The translations under genes and the position numbers were made by a program. DNA of 61,506 bases, counting the filler, from Sphacelaria rigidula (taxonomy: Eukaryota), in NCBI GenBank assembly GCA_964200075.2. It is 6 parts of 6 records of this genome, joined end to end, with 100 filler letters (N's around TTAATTAATTAA, not from the genome) between each part and the next. Parts side by side here need not be neighbours in the genome. Positions count along the whole stretch, not along the records: positions 20,539 to 30,706 come from CAXNAA020006997.1; positions 30,807 to 40,974 come from CAXNAA020006998.1; 4 more parts are not named here. One strand, 5' to 3'. Below the pieces are notes generated by a model. It searched no databases. It worked only from the letters and a program-made list of their open reading frames with translations, and was not told where the DNA came from. Of the stretch, positions 21,201-33,800 are shown one piece after another (position 1 is the first letter of the stretch; the number at the start of each line of letters is the position of its first letter).

Positions 21201-24200
21201 CTAGCGTGGATGACGGCAATAGGAGCCCACACTCTCGGCGAAACAGTGCGGCCCGGCACCGGTCGCCCGGCTCAGCTGCCTCGGCTCAACGGCGGCTGGA
21301 GAATGCCTGTGGCATCCAAAGTCCTGACGCCCCACCAAACCCGACACGGCTGAAAAAGGGTTGGCAAAAACCTGTGAAGCATCGCAAGGTCCGTCCACTT
21401 GGACCGTGCTCGGACAATCTACAGTACCAAGTGAAATGCGGCTACGCCAAACGCTTTACAGGTGAAAAGTCGGACAGGGTCAATCAAAGTCTGGGCTCGG
21501 GCCGACGACGCCTGAACAATACACTTCATGACGAAAAAGTCGCACTACCCCGACGTCTCACTGTCTGCGACCACGAAGGTCACTGTTGAGGCCGCGTGCT
21601 TGGTTCACTAGCTTACCAAGTACACGTGGTGGCCAAGCCACCCACGCCAGAGATCGCCTGCTTTAGTCGATGTTTCATTCAGCTCGCTCCTGGACAGCTA
21701 GCTGGAAGCTTTTCGTTCAAGGAAGTGAGATATCTTCACGAAAATGATATATTTGCCGTCCGATACCATTTATGTGTCTCTCAAACATACACGTGCAATG
21801 TCGTGCATCAAGAACGCTGGGAACATTGACCTCACCTTGAACTTGTCGTTTGAAAACCCTTCTGCTCCCCCGCTGCGGGCAGTGGCAGTCGGACTCGCAC
21901 CTGTACCCTCAGCGACAATGGAGTACATGATACTTGACAGCCGAGAACGCCAGTGCCTCGGGAGCACCCGTAAGTTCTCCTGAAACTCGTCGGGTTGATC
22001 CTGGCCAGAAAACACAGCGTGTACCACAAATCAGGCACTTGTACACAGGCTGGTTCACAATCCCACCCAAAATTGTGTCTAAGCAAATGCCTTTCCCAAT
22101 ACCTACTCCATAGCCGCATACACGATATCATACCGACAGCAATGGACAGCTAAAGAGCCTAACGTAGCCGGATATGTGTTTCAGTCACGAGGAGTTGCGC
22201 AAAAGGCGAAGATGTACCTCGACCAATCAGCGCCCTTCAATTTCCTTCGAAGTCGAAAACACGAATTTCAAGCCCAATTTTCCCAAAATCTTCACATGCT
22301 TCGAACCTTTGTGACCGCCATCAGCTCGGGAATCTCACGGGGGAAACAGATTTGAAAACGGTTACTACTGACTAGGTACGGTGCCGAAGCATACCCGACA
22401 CCGTGATGCTCCGGTGATGTGAGGTTCCGGCGTCGTCAAATATCCACTGATACGCACGAAAGACCCAGAGATCCTCGTAACGGTTTCCCTTATATTTGTT
22501 GTAGGAAAGCTCAGATCGCCCCCAAACTTGGCATCTCCGTAGGTGTTGATACTCCAAATGAAAAAAGCGTCTTGTAAGATTTTAAAAAAACAGTTCTCTA
22601 CCAGCTTCCAGAGGTCCCAGTGTTTAGACCCCGGAAGGCAGGATGCCTCAAGAGGAGAGCAATGAAATGATGCGTCCCGGGGAAGTCCAAGGAACATACG
22701 TACAAAGTTCGGTCCATAAACCCGAAAAACCCAAACAGTTCTTCTCGCCCAGACGTTGCATGCGCCCAAAAGGACGTTTTTATCCTCAAAGAAATTAGTT
22801 GAGAGGTTGCACGTTTTGAACTCACGCCCTCAAATAAACGCGCAAACCTTTTGCTCCACAAATGTGCTGTGCGTCATTACGCAACTTTCGAGGGACGAGG
22901 TTGTTCTTTACTTCTTGTCTTTTTTACCGTTTTTCGGGGGTCCGACGGGATCCGAGTTTCCGTCAAAACCCTGGGACTCCCGAAAAACTTGAGAAAACTT
23001 GAAAAGTCAAAAGCCTCGACCTTTCATAGTCGCGTCATGATCTATAGCAAAATTGTGCAAAATTTCAGGGTCTGACTCGTAAAAACGGCGTGAAAAATTG
23101 CAGATGAGTGTTTTGAGGTTGATCAGCGTCAAAGAGCCTATAGGTAGTACCAAACCCGGAGCGTTACAGCTCGAGACTTATTCGAGTCCCCGATCATCCG
23201 CTTTCAACCACATTGAAACAACAACATTGTTGTTTCCACTGCTCTCGGGCGAGGCATCGCCGACATATGTACGACAATGATGCCAGGTCGGAGCGTATGA
23301 TCAAAGTATGCCGAGGAACTCACGAGCATTGTGCGTGTCGTGTTCCAAGCAGAAAGCAATCCTTGTCAACAATTCTTCAATCGTAAGAAAGAACTGGTGA
23401 ATGCTGTCGGCACCTAACGGGGAGGATGAGCCATTTTGCAGGGCTGGAGAGAACTCACCAAATGCTCCAGCAACCAACCAAAGCCAGCGTCCAAGTAGGC
23501 GTTGCTGATGTCGGTCACCTCATAAATACAAGAACTATTACTCCTACTGTGAAGTACACCGCTTTTCATTCACGAGACTTGTTCACACTCATTAAATGTC
23601 TTGATCGATTTTGAGTGGTACCCATCAGGCAAAACGAAAGGGTACTCCCAATGGGTGTGTATGCAGTACTTTGCACCATCGTTGAATATTGCGCGCATTT
23701 GACATCTGGTTTTCTACAGGGACACTACGTGTTGGCGCACTTTCCGAGGTGGTATTGACGGAGTAGTGTAGGCATCGAAGTTCTGGGGGGCCGGTTACAT
23801 ATACGGCCAATATATACATCCACGTATATTTTCGGCGGCTAATGCCACCATACTCAAAGAATCGACAGCCAAGGAACACGTGAAGTGGCGGTAGTAGCGA
23901 AAGAAGGCAAACCTGGCCGTGGATCAGCCCTCCTTGCTCATGGTGTTCAACTGTACGGCCCTGTGCTTCCTGCAGAGTATCGTCAGTCCTTTGGCCGCCA
24001 CTATGGGTCATCTGGGTCACGCACTAATTTTCAGGCGAAAGTTATGCCAATTCCACATACATGCACACCGGTATCTGAGCGCACCGGCGAGCAACCCTTG
24101 ATCGTTTTGCTTTCCGGGGCAGTACAGGACAGTGTAGGGCTGTGAACTGGCTGCTGTGGCCAGTTAAGTTCAACCTAGCCGCTAGCGCGGCCAGTACATT

Positions 24201-27200
24201 AACTGGAAAACAGTCGGTGAGGGGGCCCCGCGGGAGCGACGCCGGAGGCAAGAAAAATTGCTTTATTTGGCTCGTTTTCCTTCAAAAATGTGGAAAAATG
24301 TAGAAAATGTGACCCCTCATATTGAGGATCTAAAAGTCTTAGATGACACGGGAGTGCCCAACAAAAACCTCCGAGACCCCCCCCCCCTGGTGATGGTCTC
24401 ATGACTATGGCATGCATGATCATGAGTACACCCCCTCCGGGGGTCGTAGTTGAAAAACACTCAATAAATAGCCATTTTGGGGCGACTTAGATGAGGTAGC
24501 GTCCATGATTATTGGTCCTATCTGCCACCACAAGATGCGACGCACATTGGACGCAAATTGACGGTGCAGATAGATGCGTTTAGCTTGATTGAGAAAGCAT
24601 TGCAGAACTTTGTGGTATTTGTCTGGTCTTCTTCTTGTCATGGACGTGTGATGTGCAATGTATTGCCAAAACCCATAAATATAACGTGGCCTTACTTGGC
24701 TTTGAGGGTACGCGAAATGTTAAAGCTTCGTGAACATGAATTTTAATTTTCTATACATTTTTTGCTTCATTTTTATTTATTAATTTTCTTGTTTTTTTGT
24801 ATGTATGGGATTTAGTAATCCCCTCCACCCCCACCCCCTCGTCAAACTCCACGATTCAAAAAAGGGGCATAGGATCTCGGATTGTTTTTAGGGGGGCACT
24901 CTCTGATAACATTCAAATCCCATCCGAAGCGGTGAGCGAATCGAAAACCATTTATCTGTAATATGCACCAGCAGACTCTCTGTGAGGAAAGGAAGATGTA
25001 AACAAGCCAAGGCTGGCAGCACGCGGGGATGAGAGCGCAAAATGATTCACGTCCGGACCCACAAGCACGCATGCAGTTGAATTGCAAGCCATGGTGTACT
25101 TTGTATCTTGTGGTCGCGGACTACCGTGTATTGTTTCCTATTTTCGATTCTAGATGTCGTGCTATGAAACGACAAATCTGGCATATATCCGCAATATCAC
25201 TTCGAGGTGCAGTGACCACCAGTACTACTGTACTGTCTGTACCTGTACTGCTATGAGGTGCAGACCCCAATCCGTCTTGTCATTTTGTTCGTGATCATGT
25301 AAGCATATTTGTCATGAACTCACAATACTAAAAATGATATAAACATAGCCGGTAACGGCAAACTTCAAATAAACTGGATAAACTGGAGTCCCCATCACCA
25401 GTTCCAGTTAAACTGCCAGTACAAATAGGTCTAATTCACAGCCCTGGGACAGTACGTGTGCTGTCATCCCATCTATTCTACACATCACTTTACACCTTTC
25501 GCTGCCAACAGCATACCTTCTATCCTGACATTAATGTCTGCGCAGCAGTCCTGGTAGCTGGGCATGCCCCAAGCGTGATTCGATCCTACAGGCATGTCGT
25601 CTCACCTGCACCCCCTCTTGTACACGGCACTGTTACTATACGGCGAATACTTCTTCACCTTTTCATTAGCAGCTGAATACAACGGTATGAAAGAGTCAGC
25701 GTGTTATCCCTCGACACAAAATACAGTCTACTTCAGGCCAGAAGAGGAACACACCTCGATCGGGTTTTGACCTTGCACTCACCTCGCATCTTCTCAGCTG
25801 TACTCTCTTTACTGTCTGTACTGCTGATGCAGCTGTTGCTCCTCCTCTATTATGAAATTCAGCGCAACTGAACATGATGCACGTTCAATTTTTACGCGAA
25901 GATAATGCCAATTCCACAAATGAAGAGCAGTCGAGACAGATTATACCGCAGAGTGTCGAAGCGTTCGTTGAAACGTGGAGAAACGAAACACATGAACCGG
26001 AACGCTACGTCATAGCACTGTGCAGAACACGACGCTGAGAGCAAACGTATTCCAAGCCCAAGCGGGAACAGAACGCCCCCCTATGTCCAGCGACATGCAA
26101 GAGAAATGTCTACTGAGGTATCCACGGAGGGTGTGGCATAAAACTACGTTAAGAAAAATGCTGGCTTCTGAGCGCTTGACAGCGAAGTGACACCTGCCTG
26201 TAGGAAAGGGATTCGAACGAACATACAAATGGTTATATCGAGCTCGCCATGATGCCTTTTCAACTTCCAAGTAAAGAAGATGCCGATGCCGATTCCAGAA
26301 GTGGAGAGCGGCCGAGACAGATGACACTCGTGAATGTCGGAGGGTCCGTTGAGACGTTGAGATACGGAACACACTAAAAAGAACGCATCGCAACGCGATA
26401 TTATCATGCAGGACACGACGCGGAGAGCAAACGTACTCCAAGTTCAAGCGAAAACAGAACGCACTCTACTGTCCAGCAAAATACGAGCGAGATGTCTCAT
26501 GAAAGGTATCCGCGGGAACTATGTACTTTAAGATGGGGTACAGGCTGGTACACACTCACCATCCACAATGGTGTCATCAGCAAGTGCCTTTCGCAATACC
26601 TACCCAATAGTCGCATACATGATATCATACTGACCGCCGCGGACAGCTGACGAGCGTGACAGATGGATTTTTGCTTGAGGCACTAATGGTAGCGCGAAGG
26701 GCGAAAATGTACCCCGACCAACCAGCGCCCTTTAAATTGTTCTGAAATCGAAAACACGAATTCCAAGCCCAATTTTCATGTCACCTACTCGTAGTGACCG
26801 CCATCAGGTTGGGAACCTCACGGGGAGAACAAGTTTGAAAACGGTTGCTACAACGTACGGGGTCGAAATGTATTATACCCGAAACCATGATGTTTCGGTG
26901 ATTTGGGGTTCCGGCGTCGTCCAATTTTCTCTGATGATGCGCACGAAAGACACGGGGAGTCTCGTGACGGTTTCCCTCATATCTGTTGTAGAAAAGCCCA
27001 GATCGCCCCTAAACTTGGCAGCTCCGTACATTATAATGCTCCAAATGAAAAATGATGTCCACAATATTTCAAAACTTTTTTCGTTCTTTACCGCCTTTCG
27101 GGGGTCCCCGTATGAAGACCCCAGGAACGCGGTATAGAATGCCTCAGAGGACGGGAAATGAAATGGTGTGTTCCGGGATAGTCCCAAGGAACACACGTAC

Positions 27201-29348
27201 AAAGCTTTGTCGATAAACTCAAAAAAGGTATACGGTTTTTCTCGCCTTGACGTAAAACTTATCCAAAAAAGACGTTTCTATACTAAAACAAGTATTCCCA
27301 AATATTATTCTACCTGTGCTGTTGAACGTTCATCATCACCTCGAAAGACATGGCGGAGGAGCCCACCCAGTAAACGTAACGAACACCACCGCTGGTAGGC
27401 CTGTCATGGGAGATCGAAGAAGCCCTATTCACCCCCTCTGTAGGCGCAGGATGCTCATCCTCGAAGGCAAAACCCAGATGTCCCAACACCTGTTATAATT
27501 GTTTGCATGCCACTTTCGGGTTTCAAGAGTACGACCACAATCTTGCACGCGGTGACTGTAGGCTCAAAGGCTGTCGTTCTAGGAAAAAGAAGACACGCGA
27601 ACGGTTCGAGAACGAGCGAGGATTATATGAGTGATGGGTGGCCGTGGAGTCGCCCTAACGATCTAACGCGCCCAAAAACCGAACCCTCTGAAGCTACGAC
27701 AATCAGCATCCAAACCAGCGATTGGCGAGATCTCATGCCTTTGTACCTTGGTGAGCGCAGTCAGCCAGCCCATGGTCTGTGCGGCGTCGTGACGCTTGTT
27801 CACACCCTCACCCTCCTCAAACCAGGCGACAACGTCGGCTGTAGGCAGTCTGCACAGGACCAACAAAACGACAGGTCGCACGCGCAACAAAGGGAAAGGC
27901 GCCAGCTGAGGAATACTCGTATTTCCTGGAATTCAAGCAGCCTGGGCTCTTGTGCTCTAGTCTAGCGTTCTACCGCGCGGTACAAAAAGAGGCAGGCGAT
28001 CGTACCAACGGGAAGTAGCTTCGAGCACCGTAACATTCAAGCGAGTGTTGACCGTGTGCCAAACACTTAAGCACACGATAGCACAAGAAGAAGGAGCCCA
28101 AGGTAACACGAATATAGAGCAAATTGTACCTTCCTCGCAGCAGCTCAGCTACCTCAGCAGCAGTGCGCCGGCGGCCCTGTCTGCTCAGGGTAGGCGTTGC
28201 ACGGTTGGTCGGCGTGGCTGCGAACGCCGGCACATCGTGCATTCGTCCGCCTCCCTCCAGCTTCACAGCTCCACTCCCGTCGAACGTGCTATCGTTCTGC
28301 AATGGTTCACCATTGGAGGCACAGGACGTCGTTGATGAACGAGATGTTGTGTAAAGGGGAGGCGTAGGCAACGGCGTCGACAGAGGACGATGGAGTTCCA
28401 TCGGTCGAGTCCTGCTCTCACTGTCCATTTTTTGCTCGATCTCCTCGAACCTCGCCATGCGTTGGTGCTGATACACGCCTACACGCCTCTTGCGCCCGTC
28501 AGCGCCGATCTCAACCGGACGCCAGCCTGGACAGCTAGGTGAAGGCCACGACTGCGCTCTGGCTGAAGAAAGTCTGGGAGATTCCGCTGGTGGTGTCTCT
28601 AATTTGATTGGTCTGTGTTCGCCGACATCGCCAGGTCCCGCACTCGGGCGCGTGTGCATTATAGCGCCGGTGAAGCCACCATTGTGCAATGCTACTCCGT
28701 GCCCTCTTCTGTCACTGGTCAAATTCTTGCTCGATAGACCGCCTGCGGTTCCGCCGCCACCGGTGTCATGGCCGCTCGGTGGTCGCCCGTGATGGCGATA
28801 CGAGGGCGGCGGTTTCGTCCCGCCATGGCGAGAGAGATCGTGGAGTGCTTGCACACCCGGATCGGTACGGCTCAGCTCACCCCGGGTCTTAGCTTCCCCG
28901 TCCGCAGTGTTGCTGTTGATCCTCTGCCGATCAGGTTTTTGGTCAGTAGGGGGAGCGGGCGCCGACAAGATTGCGGGTTGCCGATTGGATTTGCCCTGCT
29001 GCACGCAAAAAGCACCGTTGTCGAAACAAGAAGTGCGTTTCAACGAATTCGGGAAGCGAGGGAAAGGTGACACTACCATCGCTTTTTGTCGGGACATGAT
29101 ATTATTCTTGCTCGTGACATAGCAACCGCGCATGACGACCGACACCCCCGAAAAGGGCCAAATCTGCAATAGCTTGTCTTGAAAGACACATCGATAGAAC
29201 CAACGGTTCTTGTTTGCCACGGAGCGATAGACATCAGATCCAACTACATACGCGCGCAAAAACTCACGTGTGTCGTATTTTCAACACCACCGCCGCCGCT
29301 GCCGCCTCCACTACCGCTCTCGCCGCCACCACTGCTGAAACCAGGCAT
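21201..29348 (-). CDS. Multi-exon gene of unknown function (disordered N-terminus, possibly nuclear); middle exons unresolved
   Basis: Phase-compatible GT-AG exons: 29348-29268 (start uncertain), 28995-28130, 27849-27747, 27489-27340, 26646-26560, then 22000-21836, 21697-21617, 21511-21428, 21371-21201 (stop). Example junctions: ...AEVAELLRG|RLPTADVVAWFEEG...LTALTK|VLGHLGFAFED...YVYWVGSSAMSFE. Candidate exons also lie near 23320-23520 and 23913-24011. The two exon groups could be separate genes. Confidence 0.55.
24135..25446 (-). mobile_element. Non-autonomous hAT-type DNA transposon (1312 bp), intronic
   Basis: TIRs TAGGGCTGTGAA / TTCACAGCCCTG. Flanks GGACAGTG (24127-24134) and GGACAGTA (25447-25454) form a 7/8-matching 8-bp TSD. 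The right ~230 bp matches 60427-60665 in reverse. A nested family-A tail sits at ~24390-24437. Confidence 0.85.
26575..27290 (+). repeat. ~700-bp diverged direct repeat of ~22080-22790
   Basis: Colinear blocks: aatacctac...gatatcatac, tgtacc(c/t)cgaccaa(c/t)cagcgccc, cgaaaacacgaatt, ggttccggcgtcgtc, cagatcgcccc, agtcc(c)aaggaaca. Confidence 0.8.
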
Positions 29349-30462
29349 AACAGACGAAAACCCGCGACCCGCTCGGTGATGAACCCCGACATGGTGGCGC
29401 TCTTGAGTAGTTGGACGATACACGCATAACATTCGTTCGTGTTGGGCATCACAACCGGACAATGGGTCAGTGAGTGCTTTGCCATACGCACACTGTCTGC
29501 GCGTAACTCCTGTACGATATAGACGTATGTTCTCATCATATACCTGTTCGTACTTCGGCAGTTTCGGCGAAATAGTTGGAAGATATTCACGTGTGTTACT
29601 TGGAATCTGATGAGGATTGAGCGAAGTCCAGAACATATATGGATGAATGCACCTTCCCGCTACAACACAGAAACCTATGTACCTTCGGCTTGACATACAT
29701 GAGTTCACATCATCGTAACTTTGCTCCTCAGCACCCAGGTGCTGTACACAAAACAGCAAGCGAGGTTCCCTAGTGTCGGCCCTTCCTGTAAAAAGTGACG
29801 CCCCAACAAAACACAAAAATCAGGTGCCCCCGCAGTGCACAAGTGCCCGAGACTTCAATGCAGTGGGGCAGGGGAAAGACCAATCGCAAAAGGCGAACAC
29901 GCTCGTGGAGGGTGAGCGAGTCAACATCCGTGAAGGTTCTACTGAAGGCCGATTCAGGCTCCAATCGAAAGCCCGTGTTCATTTCACCCTTGTTTCGTCA
30001 ATGCGACACGGTGATGGCAATTGCGGGAAAAGGTTTTCAATACGAAAATGCCAAGTGTTTTGAAGTGCATCAAGGCCATGGCAGCAACTCGTGCATCCTT
30101 TTTCGCCCGCTAATGGCGAGTTATCACGTCTGTAAATTAGCACATACCGGCGGCAGAAAGCGAGGGTTCGAAGTAAGAAGCTCCCGGCAACTGCGCAAAC
30201 GCGCCCATCAAACGATGATGTTGTTGTGCCGCTGGGTGCGGCTGAGAGAACGACAAAAACGTCGGGGAAGCGTTGACAACAGCATCAGACGAAGTCCATG
30301 ATTACGCGACACATGGGACGGCGGAATGAGGAGGCAGCGGATGAACCCATTTCATTCACGTGGTAGACTGGTCGAGTCTTGTACAATGCATGAACTAATT
30401 CTATATGGTATCATGTCATCATGACTTCGCCCAGGGTGATTCCGGTCGGTGAATTGTGGGCC

Positions 30463-30706
30463 GGCCGCCCCGGTGGTTCAGTTAGTAACCTCGTAACCTT
30501 CTGATGGTTGAGTTGTGGGGTTCGATTCCCGGAGCGATCTGGGATTTTTTCTTACACCATGCCCAACAGTGGAGAGCGACTATGTCGTGGTCAAAATTCG
30601 ACTTAACGGTCGACGAGGGAAAGGGACCGCTGAACCCCTCTCGCGATAAAAATTAAGGCAAGCACCGCAGAAGGAAGGTGGGGTACTAAACAAAAATAAA
30701 AAAAGA
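30463..30706 (+). mobile_element. tRNA-derived SINE (5' part), cut off by the contig end
   Basis: A-box-like tggttcagttagt (~30474) and B-box ggttcgattccc (~30519). The body (ttcgacttaacggtcgacgagggaaaggga...ctctcgcgataaaa...caccgcagaaggaaggtgg) recurs inverted at 55930-56100. No full cloverleaf. Confidence 0.7.
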
Positions 30707-30806
30707 NNNNNNNNNNNNNNNNNNNNNNNNNNNNNNNNNNNNNNNNNNNNTTAATTAATTAANNNNNNNNNNNNNNNNNNNNNNNNNNNNNNNNNNNNNN
30801 NNNNNN
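30707..30806. other. Artificial contig spacer
   Basis: N44-TTAATTAATTAA-N44. Confidence 0.98.
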
Positions 30807-30873
30807 CGCACACACAATCAGCCCCCCCCCCCCCCCCCCCCCCCCCCATCACCTCGCACGTTTTTGATTTCAG

Positions 30874-33800
30874 AAAGCGAACGCTTGGAGTCCAAGTGCA
30901 TGATGTGAGCCGCCTGACAAACTTGATCGAACCCTCCAGCACGACAAATCCTGACTACATCGTACCTCGCGCTGAGGCTGCATGGAGGCAACGGCGGGCA
31001 AGGGGAGGGGTCGAGCACGCGGCGGCTGAGAGTGAAGCAGGGTTGGCCATGAGCCGAGCGGCCGAAGTTAAAGCTGCACTCGCTGTCGTGGTATGTTTGA
31101 TCGCCCAGTGAGGGCTAATGGTAGTGCGGCGGGTTGCGTGCTCGATATGACGTCACTATGGTGTGTGACCCTCAGTGTAGTTCGGGTGCCCATTTTGAGG
31201 CCTTTCGATCTATTTTATATATTTTCCCCACGCGTGGTCGTTGTTAAGCGAGAGTCACCGATCACTTCGAACGCACAGGAAAACGACTTGTTCAGGTCAG
31301 GTGCCCGTCCGCTGGCGCCTCAAGGAGTGAAAATGGAATGGGATTTGGCGATCGAACGGCACGGCAAACATGTTTGTATCCATCAATTTACTACTTCCTC
31401 GTATATAGCTGATGGAGAGCTAGCTTATTGTCGCGGGCCCCCGTGTACTGTGGCACCAACGTTTCCCGCGTTCCGAATTTTCCAGTTGAAACAAATGTGT
31501 CGTCTTGCATGATCTTCGACAAATAGAAAATGGACAGTCTGAACATGATGTTTGCCCGAATGTTTCACTTGCAGGTTTCGCTGCTTGGCGTCTGTGTCAT
31601 AAGCAGTAGATTCGGAAGAAAATATTCATCCGTCGAGCGGCGTAAGCTAGGGCTTCAGTTTTGCTGCTTTATTGTATACTGAAAATTGAGTGAGACATCG
31701 GGTAAATATACAAGGTTTTTCACGTGAGCGGCGTTACCGGTGTCTTTTTCACATGTCCATGTGGCTGAAGCGGTTTGAAGATGGTCATGTGACACTTGTG
31801 CCAGTTTCGAGATGGTCATGTGACATTTTCCTTTCGTCGTCCGACTCGACGATGATCATGTGACACTTACACACTATTCGGACACGGTTATGTGAGAGCT
31901 TGGCCTGCACGTGAAATCCATGAATAAAAATTATTCCAGTGCCGTGACTTCACGGGGTACTCGCAGTACCGGGTACTACAGGGTTTCTGGGGTCTCGACT
32001 GCTGAAAATACTGTGTCTGGATTATGTGCATGGTTATGTACTGAAAAAACACTCACAAAATAACTGGCTCCAGGTGGGTGGGTGCCTGAATAGTGAGCCG
32101 TACCCTAGCGTATCCTACCTGTGCCAATTATTTTTGATCCAAAGCGTCGATGAGCTACGTAAAAGTCGGGTAGAGATGTTGGTGATGACAAATGTTGTGG
32201 CCATGGCATAGAAAGTGTCGCTGCAGAGGGTTGCCATCATGTCGGTATTTCCATGCCGGGTGTCGGCAGTCATGTGTTGTTTATCTGGGCTTTAGGGTCG
32301 GTCTGAGAAGAGATTGGAATCGGCATTTACTCGTATAACCACGCTCGACGTCTAAGTTATTCAATTCCACAACGAAAAAGACACATGAGGAAGAGATCGA
32401 CGACAAAATCATGAGGATTTAGCAGAATGCTTGCATAACATATCTGTAAATATATATTTTCCGATATTTTCCTCGTATGTTGCTCACAGTGAGCTCGTTT
32501 ACTGCGCCGGACCCCACCTTCTCGGAATAATTATGATTCTTCAAAATAAAGTTGGCCCGTGCAAGAGGATGTTGGTATACGGTGGGTGACAGCCATAATC
32601 AGCCGTAAGTATTTTTAGTCCCCCCGTCCAGCCCCCGGGTGTTATATGGTGAGACACCCGTGAGGCATTGTCATAGCCGTGTCTGTCTCTGGAAGTGGCG
32701 ATATCAGAAAATGAAGCAACTCATTGGAGGCTGTCATCTACATGCAAGATAATCAGTACGCTTCGGGCCAAACAATCTTAGCAGGATGCAGCACACCCTT
32801 CATGTGACTCGCCGAACACATTACGGCGCTTCGCGCTTGGTGAATGATTGCGAGCCTGGTGGGGCAAAAACCCGGCGTGCTCCGTCCCGGCTTTGTAGGG
32901 ATGCGAGGTCAATGGTCTCATGACTATAGCATGTATGATCATGAGTCCCCCCCCTCACCCACCCACCCACCCACCCACCACGGAACAGAGACATGAGGAG
33001 ATCGAAGTGACAGTATAGCACAAAAAACATGCAGAAAAAGAGATTGCCAGCTAAGTTGATAGGGCTGCATGGAAAATAAGTACGAAAGGGAAGGCTGGAA
33101 TAAGGTGGGATAAACAAGTGGAGAAAGTGTCGAAGGAGATGAGAGGGAACCAAAACGAAATACTGTCCATAGATGAAGGTGCGGAGTGCAAGACAAACGT
33201 AAGAGACAAGCTAGAAGGAAGGGGAAAATGAGTGCTCAGGCCCAAAGTAAAAGAAGAACACCTGGAGATATACGGGGGGTTGAGAGAGGCATAGGGATGA
33301 AAGCATATCTGCATGGCCCCATGGACGCGGCAAAAAATATGAAACTGCGACTTCGGGTGGGGGACCAGGACCTGCCAGGAAGAAGAAAGAGATATACCAG
33401 TAGTCGTGTGGAGGAGGAAGTAGATGGACAGAACCGCTCCTGTGGCAACGGAATAAAAAGCAGACGTCGTACAGTTGAATGTAAACTATACAAGGAGGAA
33501 CGGGACGTGCTAGAGGGGGAAATGCGGGACGTGAACGAAGGTGGCATGAAATCGTTTGATGCATTAGACAGACGGGAGAAAACGATGGTTATACGAGGAG
33601 ATAATACTAGTGGCCACAGACGGCGAAACAGGACGGGGATAAGACATGTAAAAGGTTTTGTGTAATTAATGGAAGAAACGCAATGAGCGCCGGAATGTTG
33701 AAGGGGGCTCTATTAGGAGTAGGAACGGTGCTCCATCTCGAGAGGGATGCGTGGTCAACGGTCAAACGACTACGGCAAGCAAAAAATGAGTACGCCCGCG

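Noticed and set aside
30463-30540. tRNA gene
   Set aside because: A/B boxes are present but there is no proper acceptor stem, and it continues into a dispersed repeat body; interpreted as a SINE head.
29824-30874. Splicing a candidate exon at ~29824-29911 to the exon at 30874
   Set aside because: They are on different contigs separated by an artificial spacer.
31778-31900. Four copies of gatggtcatgtgacac with variable 14-24-nt spacers (mini-CRISPR-like)
   Set aside because: Repeats are short and degenerate and spacing is irregular; more likely transposon subterminal motifs.
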